A stretch of DNA of 64,000 nt from Candidatus Iainarchaeum sp. GTDB taxonomy: Archaea; Iainarchaeota; Iainarchaeia; Iainarchaeales; JAGVWC01. This document shows positions 9,068 to 18,004 of the stretch, one piece after another (positions within the stretch are counted from its first letter, which is position 1; each line of letters begins with the position of its first letter). A program made the translations under genes and the position numbers. The stretch is taken from positions 224,670 to 288,669 of the forward strand of contig JAGVWC010000010.1 in the NCBI GenBank assembly GCA_018304465.1, given 5' to 3'. The notes below the pieces were generated by a model. That model worked only from the letters and a program-made list of their open reading frames with translations. It ran no database searches and had not been told where the DNA came from.

Positions 9068-10345
9068 CTAGCCGAATAACTTGTACGTCTTGCCCCGCTC
9101 CGGAATCACGGGTTTGATTCCAAGGCCCTTGATTTGCTCGGCAAACGTATTCATGACATCCGGATCCCCGTGCACCAAAAACGCGCGTTGCGGCGACCAC
9201 TTGTTCAACGCTTTTAACATGTCATCGCGCTGCGCATGCGCCGAAAACTCGTAGCGAACGGTTTCAAACGCGACATCCAACGATTCGTTGTCGATTTCAA
9301 GCTTGTGGGTTTCATAGAGTTTTCGACCCGCGGTGCGCTCGGCCTGAAACCCCGTAAAAAACAGTTTCGAACGGGTTTCAAGACGCAATTTGCGAATATA
9401 AAACAAAATCGGACCGCCTTGCAGCATTCCCGCGGACGCGACAATCACGCACGGTTTTTTCAACGCGTCTTTTCTTTCTTTTCCGCTTCGCACCCAAAAC
9501 ACGCTTTCCAAGGCTTTCTTTAACGCTTTTGGATCCCGCAAATACTGGGGATACTTGAGCATGACATTAGCGGCTTTTTGCCCCATGCCGTCATAATAAA
9601 TATCCGCGGTCACGCCGTGACTACGCAAAATCTCGATGACTTCTTGTCCGCGGCCAATCGCAAACGACGGAATCAACGCCCAGCCTTTTCGATCCACGAC
9701 GTTTTGAACGTCTTCGGCAAACACGGCTTCCAGTTCTTTTCGCGGCGGATGATTCCGATCCCCATACGTTGACTCGGTGATCACGGTGTCAACCGCACCG
9801 ATTTTCAAATCCGCGCCCGTGTGCAAACGCGTATCCGCGGGATTATAATCCCCCGTGTACAACACGTTTTTTCCGTCCACCGACAGCTTCGTCATTGCGG
9901 AACCCAGAATATGCCCCGCGTCAAAAAACTCGAACTGCACATTCGGAGAAATCGATAATTTTCGCTTGTATCCGACTTCAAAACTGAATTTTTTGATCAA
10001 AAACAAATCATCCGGTTCGAAACCCGCGTGCTCGCGGTTATGCTTCGCGATTTTTAAGGAATCTTCCCACAACAAATTCGACAAATCCAAGGTCGGCGAC
10101 GTCAAGTACGTCAACACAGGGGCTTGCGCGAACAGTTTCGGAAGATTACCCGAATGATCCAAATGCGCATGCGACAAAATCACGGCATTCAAATTCGTTT
10201 TCACGGGTAACGGCTGTTCAATCTGATTTTCCGCGCCAAACTTCAAACCCGTATCCAAAACGATTTTGTCCGGCAAATCCAGCAAAAAACTCGACCGCCC
10301 CACTTCCTGAGCGGCACCCAAAAACGAAATTGATTCTTTTCCCAT
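9068..10345 (-). CDS. Metallo-beta-lactamase/beta-CASP ribonuclease (aCPSF family)
   Basis: FLGAAQEVGRS, SHAHLDHSG, AGHILGS, YTGD, ESTYG, GMLQGG, FSAHA, LVHGD. Confidence 0.92.
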   Translation of the reverse strand: MGKESISFLGAAQEVGRSSFLLDLPDKIVLDTGLKFGAENQIEQPLPVKTNLNAVILSHAHLDHSGNLPKLFAQAPVLTYLTSPTLDLSNLLWEDSLKIAKHNREHAGFEPDDLFLIKKFSFEVGYKRKLSISPNVQFEFFDAGHILGSAMTKLSVDGKNVLYTGDYNPADTRLHTGADLKIGAVDTVITESTYGDRNHPPRKELEAVFAEDVQNVVDRKGWALIPSFAIGRGQEVIEILRSHGVTADIYYDGMGQKAANVMLKYPQYLRDPKALKKALESVFWVRSGKERKDALKKPCVIVASAGMLQGGPILFYIRKLRLETRSKLFFTGFQAERTAGRKLYETHKLEIDNESLDVAFETVRYEFSAHAQRDDMLKALNKWSPQRAFLVHGDPDVMNTFAEQIKGLGIKPVIPERGKTYKLFG

Positions 10346-10417
10346 GCAACCTTCACTTCCACATAAAAATACGAAGAAAACATATTTATTTAGAAACTGC
10401 ACTTTAAATACGTTTGG

Positions 10418-10939
10418 ATGAACCGAATCCACCAGCCACCAGGCCCCCGCCGCACAAAACGGATACTCAAAAGTGCAAAACGACAACAAAAACAATTCCA
10501 CGCCCGACAAATAACCGGGTTTTCACGCGCAAAAATTTCGACCCGGTATCTGGGCAACAAAACCCCCGACGACAAAAAAATCATCCAACGCCTATGGCAA
10601 AAAAACCTCAATTCCAAAAATTCCGCGCTGGCTCTGAAAAAAAGACATTTGATCGAATACGAACGACTAAGAGAAGTGTTTTTCGCTCAAGGCGAATGGA
10701 AACAGATTTACACTACTGATACGCCTCTCCGCCAAATCATGGAATACGTCCGAACCCACTATCAAAACCACGGCACCATTCCCGCCCAGCCCAAAATCGC
10801 CACCCACACCGGCTTGTCCCTTCAGGTGGTCCGCCAACGCATTCGCCGGCAATACCAACGCGCGTTTGTCCGCGTACGACGAAAAACATCCCACGGAAAA
10901 CGGAAAACAAAACCGATTTCCGACAAACGCCGCGAATGA
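10418..10939 (+). CDS. Basic hypothetical protein with C-terminal HTH-like segment
   Basis: Arg/Lys-rich; AQPKIATHTGLSLQVVRQRI resembles an HTH. Confidence 0.6.
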   Translation: MNRIHQPPGPRRTKRILKSAKRQQKQFHARQITGFSRAKISTRYLGNKTPDDKKIIQRLWQKNLNSKNSALALKKRHLIEYERLREVFFAQGEWKQIYTTDTPLRQIMEYVRTHYQNHGTIPAQPKIATHTGLSLQVVRQRIRRQYQRAFVRVRRKTSHGKRKTKPISDKRRE

Positions 10940-10984
10940 ATCCATCCAAAACCATTTTAAATTTCAAAAAACAATGAAACTAAC

Positions 10985-11602
10985 ATGCCCACGGTTCTCC
11001 CAGTCGCCCAATCCTTGTCTTTGCTGCACCAATACAAGATTCCCACGTGCGAATTCTACGTATGCCGCGAACCCTTTGAACTCTCCGAAGTCCCCTTCAA
11101 GTTCCCCTGGGCCATGAAACTATCATCGGACCGCATCGTTCACAAAACCGAACAAAAAGCCGTGTACACGAATATTCAAAACCGAACCGACGCCAACACC
11201 ACGTTTTCGGAACTCCAAAAACGCGATCCACGTGCCCCGATTCTCGTGCAACCACACTTGGATGGCACCGAACTCTTCATCGGAAGCAACCAAGACATTC
11301 AATTCGGACCCACCATATTGGTGGGCTTGGGCGGCGTATTCGTCGAACTCCTAAAAGACACCAGCATCCGCGTGCTCCCCGTTTCGATCGACGACTGCCG
11401 CCAAATGATCCGCGATCTAAAACACCAAGCCGTACTCGCGGGGTTTCGCGGAAAACCCAAAGTCGACACCGATCAACTCGCCAAAATTCTGCTTCAAACC
11501 AGCAAAATGATCCAAGAAAACCAATTCCTCGAACTGGACATCAACCCCCTGATCGCCACCAAAAAAGGCATCTACGCGGTCGACGCCCGCATCGTGAAAT
11601 AA
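10985..11602 (+). CDS. Acetate-CoA ligase (ADP-forming) beta subunit, ATP-grasp
   Basis: FPWAMK..S..IVHKTE, QFGPTILVGLGGVFVELLKD, ELDINPL, AVDARI. Confidence 0.9.
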   Translation: MPTVLPVAQSLSLLHQYKIPTCEFYVCREPFELSEVPFKFPWAMKLSSDRIVHKTEQKAVYTNIQNRTDANTTFSELQKRDPRAPILVQPHLDGTELFIGSNQDIQFGPTILVGLGGVFVELLKDTSIRVLPVSIDDCRQMIRDLKHQAVLAGFRGKPKVDTDQLAKILLQTSKMIQENQFLELDINPLIATKKGIYAVDARIVK

Positions 11603-11649
11603 AAACCACAACCAAAGCTTTTTCTATTTCCGATCCCTATCCATTTCAT

Positions 11650-12249
11650 ATGGGATTAAAACGCGTTGGAAAAAAACCCTTGTCCCGGGTCCGTGAAGGA
11701 ATATTCCAAACCGTGGACATCGGAAGCGGTTTTGGCGAATACATTTCAAGACAAGCCGAACGATTTCCGCATCGACGATACGCCGTGGTGGATCCGCGGT
11801 ACGCGCGAACCAGCGGATTCGGACAAATTCACCTCGAATCCGAATTCAAACGACTTGGAATTCACATGCATCCCGGCACCGGCGCATCGTTTTTCGAAGA
11901 AATGGCACGACGCGGATGGAAAACCCACGCCATCAATTTCGATATGCCGTTAGGATCGGAAGCCGAATTGTCCCGCATACTGGACCTGGCACCCCACACC
12001 TTGTTTCCCAACGGAAAAATATTCGTCGCCACCGAACGGTTAACCGCACTGGATCACTTCATCAAAATCGCGCGCGAAAAAGGTTTTTCGGTCACCGAAC
12101 GAAAATCCATGCCTCCCGCCCAGGCTCGACAACGCACCGCGTATTCACACCGCCATTCCAACAACCCCCAACGACCGATTCGACGCCTCGAAATCACGTT
12201 TGGATTAAAGAAAGCGTTTCCGGACAAAAAACAAAGGCAAAAAAGATAA
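11650..12249 (+). CDS. Class I SAM methyltransferase (tRNA m7G TrmB-like) with basic N-terminus
   Basis: VDIGSGFG, YAVVD, INFDMP, LFPNGKIFVATE. Confidence 0.6.
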   Translation: MGLKRVGKKPLSRVREGIFQTVDIGSGFGEYISRQAERFPHRRYAVVDPRYARTSGFGQIHLESEFKRLGIHMHPGTGASFFEEMARRGWKTHAINFDMPLGSEAELSRILDLAPHTLFPNGKIFVATERLTALDHFIKIAREKGFSVTERKSMPPAQARQRTAYSHRHSNNPQRPIRRLEITFGLKKAFPDKKQRQKR

Positions 12250-12315
12250 ACGAAAACCACTGTCCCCAAGCATTAAAAAACTCTTCTGGCATCAAACAAT
12301 GTAGGAAAAACCCCT

Positions 12316-13350
12316 ATGAAACAAACCCCTGAAGAACGGCTACGACTTGTAACGCGAAACACCGCGGAAATCATCACCCGCGAAGAACTCAACCAATTGC
12401 TTAAAACCAAGGAGCGCCCAGTCATTTATTTAGGCGTCTCCATCACGGGTCGACCCCACGTAGGTTACTTTGTCTGGGCCACCAAAGTCGCGGATTTTTT
12501 AAAAGCGGGTTTCAAAGTCAAAATATTGCTGGCCGACGTTCACGGCGCCATGGATAACTGTCCCTGGGAAGTCCTTGAAAAACGATTCGAATACTACAAC
12601 ATCGTCATCAAAGGAATGCTTAAAAGCGCCGGCGCCGACCTCACGCAACTCGAAATCATCAAAGGCTCAAGTTTTCAACTCGAAAAAAACTATGTATTGG
12701 ATTTGCTCAAATTCTCCACCCAAACCACGGTGCACGACGCATTAAAAGCCGCCAGCGAAGTCGTCAAAATGGGCGACAACCCCAAAGTATCCGGACTCAT
12801 TTACCCGATGCTCCAAGCCCTCGACGAACAATACCTCGATGTGGACATTCAATTCGGCGGAACCGACCAGCGCAAAATCATGGTGTTTGCCCGCGAAAAC
12901 CTACCGATCCTCGGATACCGCCCCCGCATCGAACTCATGCTGCCCTTGATTCCAGGTTTAACACAAACCGGAAAAATGTCGTCCAGCGAACCCAACTCCA
13001 AAATCGATTTATTGGAAACCACGACCGACATCAAAACCAAACTCAACAAAGCGTATTGCCCTGAAAAACAAATCGAAGGAAACGGCGTCATGGCGTTATG
13101 CCAATTCGTGATCATGCCCAAAAAAGAAGACGAAAAAAAAACCTTGATCATTAAACGCCCCGAAAAATTCGGAGGCGACGCGTCGTATTCCACGTACGCC
13201 GAACTCGAAAAAGCGTTCGTTTCCGGGGCCTTGCACCCCATGGACCTCAAAACCGCGGTCGCAAGCGAAATCGACCAATTGGTGGCCCCCATTCGAAAAG
13301 ACTTCGAAGGAAAAGAAAAGCTCATCCAACAAGCATATCCAACCAAATAA
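12316..13350 (+). CDS. tyrS: Tyrosyl-tRNA synthetase (archaeal type)
   Basis: TGRPHVGY (HIGH), LLADVH, YPMLQALD, FGGTDQRK, KMSSS, LHPMDLK. Confidence 0.97.
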   Translation: MKQTPEERLRLVTRNTAEIITREELNQLLKTKERPVIYLGVSITGRPHVGYFVWATKVADFLKAGFKVKILLADVHGAMDNCPWEVLEKRFEYYNIVIKGMLKSAGADLTQLEIIKGSSFQLEKNYVLDLLKFSTQTTVHDALKAASEVVKMGDNPKVSGLIYPMLQALDEQYLDVDIQFGGTDQRKIMVFARENLPILGYRPRIELMLPLIPGLTQTGKMSSSEPNSKIDLLETTTDIKTKLNKAYCPEKQIEGNGVMALCQFVIMPKKEDEKKTLIIKRPEKFGGDASYSTYAELEKAFVSGALHPMDLKTAVASEIDQLVAPIRKDFEGKEKLIQQAYPTK

Positions 13351-13423
13351 AAATCCCGATCAAAACCCGAACCCATAAAAAACCCACGGACCTCATAATA
13401 CTTAGAAAGGAAAACGACCCCGT

Positions 13424-13774
13424 ATGGACGACGAATATTTCGAAGACGAGCCCCAGCCCAAAAAACGGCAACTGCCCATTCAAACCAACCCCTTGTTTTA
13501 CCTCGCCATCGGACTCGCCTTGGGATTCACCTTATCCGTGTTCGTTTCCCCCGAATTCTTGGAAAGCTTTTCAAACCCCCAAAAATTCGACGGACAAATC
13601 ACGGACATCAACAAATGGGTCTCCGACGACTTGCGCGTCAACCTCGTGATATTACGCATCAATGACTCGAACGTCGCGACCTGCATCGACGGCGACGCGT
13701 GCCTCGGATACCAACCCGGCGACACCGTTCACGTCACTTGTTTTGGCATCGAATGCCGCGCGACGAAACGCTAA
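13424..13774 (+). CDS. Single-pass membrane protein with small OB-like Cys-containing domain
   Basis: One TM segment; GYQPGDTVHVTC. Confidence 0.6.
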   Translation: MDDEYFEDEPQPKKRQLPIQTNPLFYLAIGLALGFTLSVFVSPEFLESFSNPQKFDGQITDINKWVSDDLRVNLVILRINDSNVATCIDGDACLGYQPGDTVHVTCFGIECRATKR

Positions 13775-13818
13775 ACCCAATCCGAAAACTTAATATGGGC
13801 CTGGTTCTAAACCATACT

Positions 13819-14901
13819 ATGCCGCGACGCATTTCTCCCCGCGTTCAACGACTATTCCAACAATACGCGGCCGCCCGACACCAAAGCGGAGGACGCAAAA
13901 TCGGAATTGGTCAATTTCAACTCATTGTAACGGCACCCAAAAACGAATCCCTTAGAGCCATCGGAAAACGCGCGCACACCACGCGCGCCACCGCGCGAAA
14001 CGTACTGGTTACCACCCGTCTGCGAAACAAAGACCGGATCCAAGGCATCGGAATCGCCGCCAACACGCGTCTACGAAGCGTGGAAACCATGGCCAACGGC
14101 ACCGTCCTGCAATTCATCCAAGACCAACTGGCCCACACGGACAAAACCATGCGCCAAATCGCGATCAAAGCCGGCGTCAATCCGTCCACCGTCAAAAAAA
14201 TAAACAAAAAAGAAAAAATCCGAAAAAACCCCCGAAGCGTCGGAGGAAAAATAGCCGCGAAACAACGCTTGGAACCCAAATGGGACGCCATCCGCGCTTT
14301 GCTCCAACAAAAAACACCCGAAGGAAACTTCCGATTCACCCAAAACGAAGTCATTTCCCGGTTAGCCCGACAAGGAATCCGAACAAATCACGTGGTCGTC
14401 GGAAGAATCGCCCGCCACGTTCGAAGCGAACAAGAACGAAATGAAATGCGCGGACACGCGGTTTCTCCATCCAACCGCCGGAGGGCATTCCTCGAAAAAG
14501 CCCTGCGATTCACCCGTTCTCCCATCGCACGCATCACGCAACGTGCCATTACCCGCGAAACCCGACAAGGCCGTCCCGCCACCCAAACCGCCATCCGAAA
14601 CGCGATCGTGAACGTAAAACGGGAACGCGGATTAAAAGGAATGCGATTCCAAGAAAGCAAAACCGCCACCCAAAAAGTGGTTCGGTACCTCATGCCCACT
14701 GGAACCCCCCGATTACCCATTCCCTGGGAAGAAACCGCCAAAAAACTCGAAGTTCCGATTTATTTCCTGCAAAAAACAATCGTCAACCAACTGCTTTTAC
14801 GAAAACCCCTGCACGACATCGTTCTCGCAGAACGAACGGGACTACGCCGCGAAAAAATCCGTCAAATCCGCCTCGAACTCGCCAACGAAAACAACCGATA
14901 A
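13819..14901 (+). CDS. Very basic multi-HTH protein
   Basis: MPRRISPR start; HTH-like units SLRAIGKRAHTTRATARNVL, TMRQIAIKAGVNPSTVKKI, PWEETAKKLEVP, VLAERTGLRREKIRQIR. Confidence 0.65.
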   Translation: MPRRISPRVQRLFQQYAAARHQSGGRKIGIGQFQLIVTAPKNESLRAIGKRAHTTRATARNVLVTTRLRNKDRIQGIGIAANTRLRSVETMANGTVLQFIQDQLAHTDKTMRQIAIKAGVNPSTVKKINKKEKIRKNPRSVGGKIAAKQRLEPKWDAIRALLQQKTPEGNFRFTQNEVISRLARQGIRTNHVVVGRIARHVRSEQERNEMRGHAVSPSNRRRAFLEKALRFTRSPIARITQRAITRETRQGRPATQTAIRNAIVNVKRERGLKGMRFQESKTATQKVVRYLMPTGTPRLPIPWEETAKKLEVPIYFLQKTIVNQLLLRKPLHDIVLAERTGLRREKIRQIRLELANENNR

Positions 14902-14902
14902 C

Positions 14903-15664
14903 TCAATTCTTTTTTCCCGTCAACACGAAAAACGCGCCGCGCTTTTCTAAAAACCATTTGATCTGCATCCACGACAAATGATTTTCAAGCGCCGGACGAC
15001 TGTGGGTTACAACCAAGCGCTCTTCCGAAAACCAGTGCAACACTTCTTCGACCAAATGATACGATTCATAAGGCTGGCCAAACTTGTCCGCCAAATACAC
15101 CTCGCCTTTTGGAGGAACCCGTCCTCCGTAAAACAATTTTTTCGCGGTTTCCATTCGTTTTTTCACATCGGATCCGGCCAGCAATCCCACTAACCAACGC
15201 TTCCAACGCAGACGAAGACGACCCACGGCATTATACAATCCGACGCAAACGAAACCACCGGCTTTGACATGCGAGACCGCGACTCCAAACCCTTTCCGCG
15301 GATTCTTCGTATGATGCAACACCCCAAGCGACAACACGACATCGAATTTTTCTTTCGGATCAAACAAAAACAAATCGCCTTGCACAAACGAAACCGAATC
15401 CAACCCATATTTTTTCTTCAAACCCAACCCTTTTTCAATCGACGAAAACGACAAATCAACCGCAATAACCCGCGCGCCAAACAACCCCAATCCCGCCGCG
15501 ACTTCACCGGTTCCACACCCAAGCTCCAACACCGTTTTACCCAAAAACCAATCCCGCGGTTTTCCCATGGCATTGGCCGCCCACAACCCAAAGCCCTCCA
15601 AATCCGATTTGGATTGAACCACACGCGACGGATACGGAAACCACTCATACATCATCGACGACAT
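14903..15664 (-). CDS. Class I SAM-dependent methyltransferase
   Basis: VLELGCGTGE, VDLS, FDVVLSLGVLHH, VKAGG. Confidence 0.88.
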   Translation of the reverse strand: MSSMMYEWFPYPSRVVQSKSDLEGFGLWAANAMGKPRDWFLGKTVLELGCGTGEVAAGLGLFGARVIAVDLSFSSIEKGLGLKKKYGLDSVSFVQGDLFLFDPKEKFDVVLSLGVLHHTKNPRKGFGVAVSHVKAGGFVCVGLYNAVGRLRLRWKRWLVGLLAGSDVKKRMETAKKLFYGGRVPPKGEVYLADKFGQPYESYHLVEEVLHWFSEERLVVTHSRPALENHLSWMQIKWFLEKRGAFFVLTGKKN

Positions 15665-15786
15665 CTGAATTAAGAATAAAGCCAAATGCTTAATACATTC
15701 GGTTGTAGAGCTTCTCCAAGCCGTAGAAGAAGCCTAAGACGACGATGTGTCCAAACTGACGTCAAATGCCGTCCAGAGCAGACATA

Positions 15787-15806
15787 ACAACTCTTTTTGG
15801 AGTTGT
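15787..15806. promoter_or_regulatory. Perfect 7-bp inverted repeat in AT-rich divergent intergenic region
   Basis: ACAACTC-TTTTTG-GAGTTGT. Confidence 0.35.
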
Positions 15807-15953
15807 AGCAAAAAAAAGCACAATTTTATGGAATTAATCGGCAATTAACGATATTTTTTATTTTCCGCCCCACGATTATTATGTTAAAAAAGATATTAAT
15901 CAAAAAAGATATACTTATTAATATTTTCATACATAATAAAATAGAGGAGCGAA

Positions 15954-17243
15954 ATGTCAGAATCAAAGAACATTTGGAACGGATATGGCTTGCGCGGAAA
16001 TCCGTTCAATCCAGATCCCCTGCAAGTGTACGGCGGAGCGCTCCCGATCGAAGAATCATTCATTGGACGCGAAGAAGAGTTTAAACAGATCACCAAGCAC
16101 ATTCATTCAAACAATACCTCGCGAATCCTCATTTACGGAAACATAGGCATTGGGAAAACCACCTTCGCCAATTACGTTCGCTTCGAATCACAAAACGATT
16201 ATTTCACCCCGCTTGGCGAACTCGGAGTCCAGTACGATTGGACACCCCAAGACTTCATGTTCAATACTGTACAATATGTCTACTCAACCATCGAACGGAA
16301 CGAAAGCATCAGGGAAAAATTCAACCCAGATATCCTTCAAGAGCTAAAAGTCCTGTTTGGATCCGAGCGCGGAATTCAAACTGGGATCGGAGCAAACGCA
16401 TTTGGATTCGGAATCACATCCACCAAAGGAAAACAATTTGCCCCACAACCCACCAACCCACATGCACTCAAACTGCTTTTCCAAGAAGTATTGGATGAAA
16501 TCCAACATATAGGATACAAAGGAACCATTATTCACTATAATAACCTAGAACTCATCCAAGACAAAGGCGAGAATCAACTCATCAGCATCATGAATGGCAT
16601 ACGCGACTTCTTGCAAGTCGAAGGCGCTCACTTCCTGTTCGTGAGTGAAACCAGTTTCTTCGAACTTTTTCACCAGATACCGCGGATAGAAGGAATCTTC
16701 AAAACTCCCATCCTGTTGACGGCATTCACACCCCAAGAGATTAAAAAGATACTTGAAAAACGTGTCAGTCTTCTTCGGATAAGCTCCGACATTACCCCCA
16801 TTAACCCCGTAGACGACGAAACGCTCGAGATTTTGTACGACTTATATGAAGGAAATCTCCGAGGAATACTTCGAAGCCTCGACTGCGCAATCAACAACAT
16901 CGAAAGCGCTACCCCCACACAAATCAACCCGATGATTCTCAAATACACGCTTTATCATTTCTCAAACAATCGTTTCGTAACCAACCTAAATGCCACTGAA
17001 AAAAAAGTATTGAACAAAATACTCGAAAAAAAAGAAACTACCAACAAAAACCTCTGTGAGGCCTTTGGGATGCTCCCTCAAAATGTCGCGCCCATATTGA
17101 CGAACCTTCGCGATATTGGTGCCATCCGTCTCGCACGGACCGAAGCCCAAAAACGGTTCTATTCCCCAAGTCAAGAAGCCCTCTGGCTCAAACTTAATCC
17201 CACACTGAACACGCCACTCAATCCATTTTTCAAAAAGAAGTAG
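15954..17243 (+). CDS. P-loop (AAA+/STAND-like) ATPase with C-terminal winged HTH
   Basis: FIGREEE, LIYGNIGIGKTT Walker A, IIHYNNLE atypical Walker B, GNLRGIL, C-terminal wHTH. Confidence 0.85.
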   Translation: MSESKNIWNGYGLRGNPFNPDPLQVYGGALPIEESFIGREEEFKQITKHIHSNNTSRILIYGNIGIGKTTFANYVRFESQNDYFTPLGELGVQYDWTPQDFMFNTVQYVYSTIERNESIREKFNPDILQELKVLFGSERGIQTGIGANAFGFGITSTKGKQFAPQPTNPHALKLLFQEVLDEIQHIGYKGTIIHYNNLELIQDKGENQLISIMNGIRDFLQVEGAHFLFVSETSFFELFHQIPRIEGIFKTPILLTAFTPQEIKKILEKRVSLLRISSDITPINPVDDETLEILYDLYEGNLRGILRSLDCAINNIESATPTQINPMILKYTLYHFSNNRFVTNLNATEKKVLNKILEKKETTNKNLCEAFGMLPQNVAPILTNLRDIGAIRLARTEAQKRFYSPSQEALWLKLNPTLNTPLNPFFKKK

Positions 17244-17353
17244 CCGCCATTTTCCCAAAAGAATAAAAATCAACTTTTTGGTTGAACAAAAATCAACCGC
17301 ACATATATTACTTCGCGGCGCGGCAATATGTATAACGGATAGGCCTATCCAAC

Positions 17354-17689
17354 GTGAAAAAACCCTTTCTTCTCTCGAAGAAAGTACATTCAGGAGGAAT
17401 AGCCATCCGACTCAACGAACTCGCAGCACTCAAAATCATGCACCAAAAAATCGCACCAAATACCTTTTCCATGGAACACTACAGCAAAGTATTCAACGTG
17501 CTCACCTTAGGCGACTGCACCATCCACGAAATCAGCCAATTCGCCGAACTCAACGAAAAAACCGTCGAATACCTCATCCAAAACCTGGCGCAAAACCACA
17601 TCGTCAACCGAAACGACCACATCGTACACCTGAATTGTTCTCCCCAATGGTTGCTTTCGCAACTCCAAAAAAACGGAGGACACCGATGA
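17354..17689 (+). CDS. Small winged-helix protein
   Basis: CTIHEISQFAELNEKTVEYLIQNL HTH; GTG start; stop overlaps next ATG (ATGA). Confidence 0.6.
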   Translation: MKKPFLLSKKVHSGGIAIRLNELAALKIMHQKIAPNTFSMEHYSKVFNVLTLGDCTIHEISQFAELNEKTVEYLIQNLAQNHIVNRNDHIVHLNCSPQWLLSQLQKNGGHR

Positions 17690-17976
17690 AACCATCGGAA
17701 AACACCTGGAACCTCTGCACGTACTGCCACAAACTCGAACTGGGAAACGAAACCCGCTTCAAACAAAAACACGCCCCCTGCAAAATAGATCCCAACCCCA
17801 CGCTTGCCAACCGGTTTCTAACACTCAAACACTACATCGAAGAACAACTCGAACTACAACCCGGACAAATCGAAATCAACCGCACGAAAAACCACATCAA
17901 AATGAGTTTTTTATTTGAAAATCCACCAAAAAAACAAACCGCCCCTTCGGCAGTTGACGAAAAAAACATCCGATAA
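17686..17976 (+). CDS. Hypothetical protein (CxxC-containing)
   Basis: MKPSENTWNLCTYCH..., translationally coupled to upstream gene. Confidence 0.55.
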   Translation: MKPSENTWNLCTYCHKLELGNETRFKQKHAPCKIDPNPTLANRFLTLKHYIEEQLELQPGQIEINRTKNHIKMSFLFENPPKKQTAPSAVDEKNIR

Positions 17977-18004
17977 ACCACGCGTATTCCCCCAAAGAAT
18001 ACAT

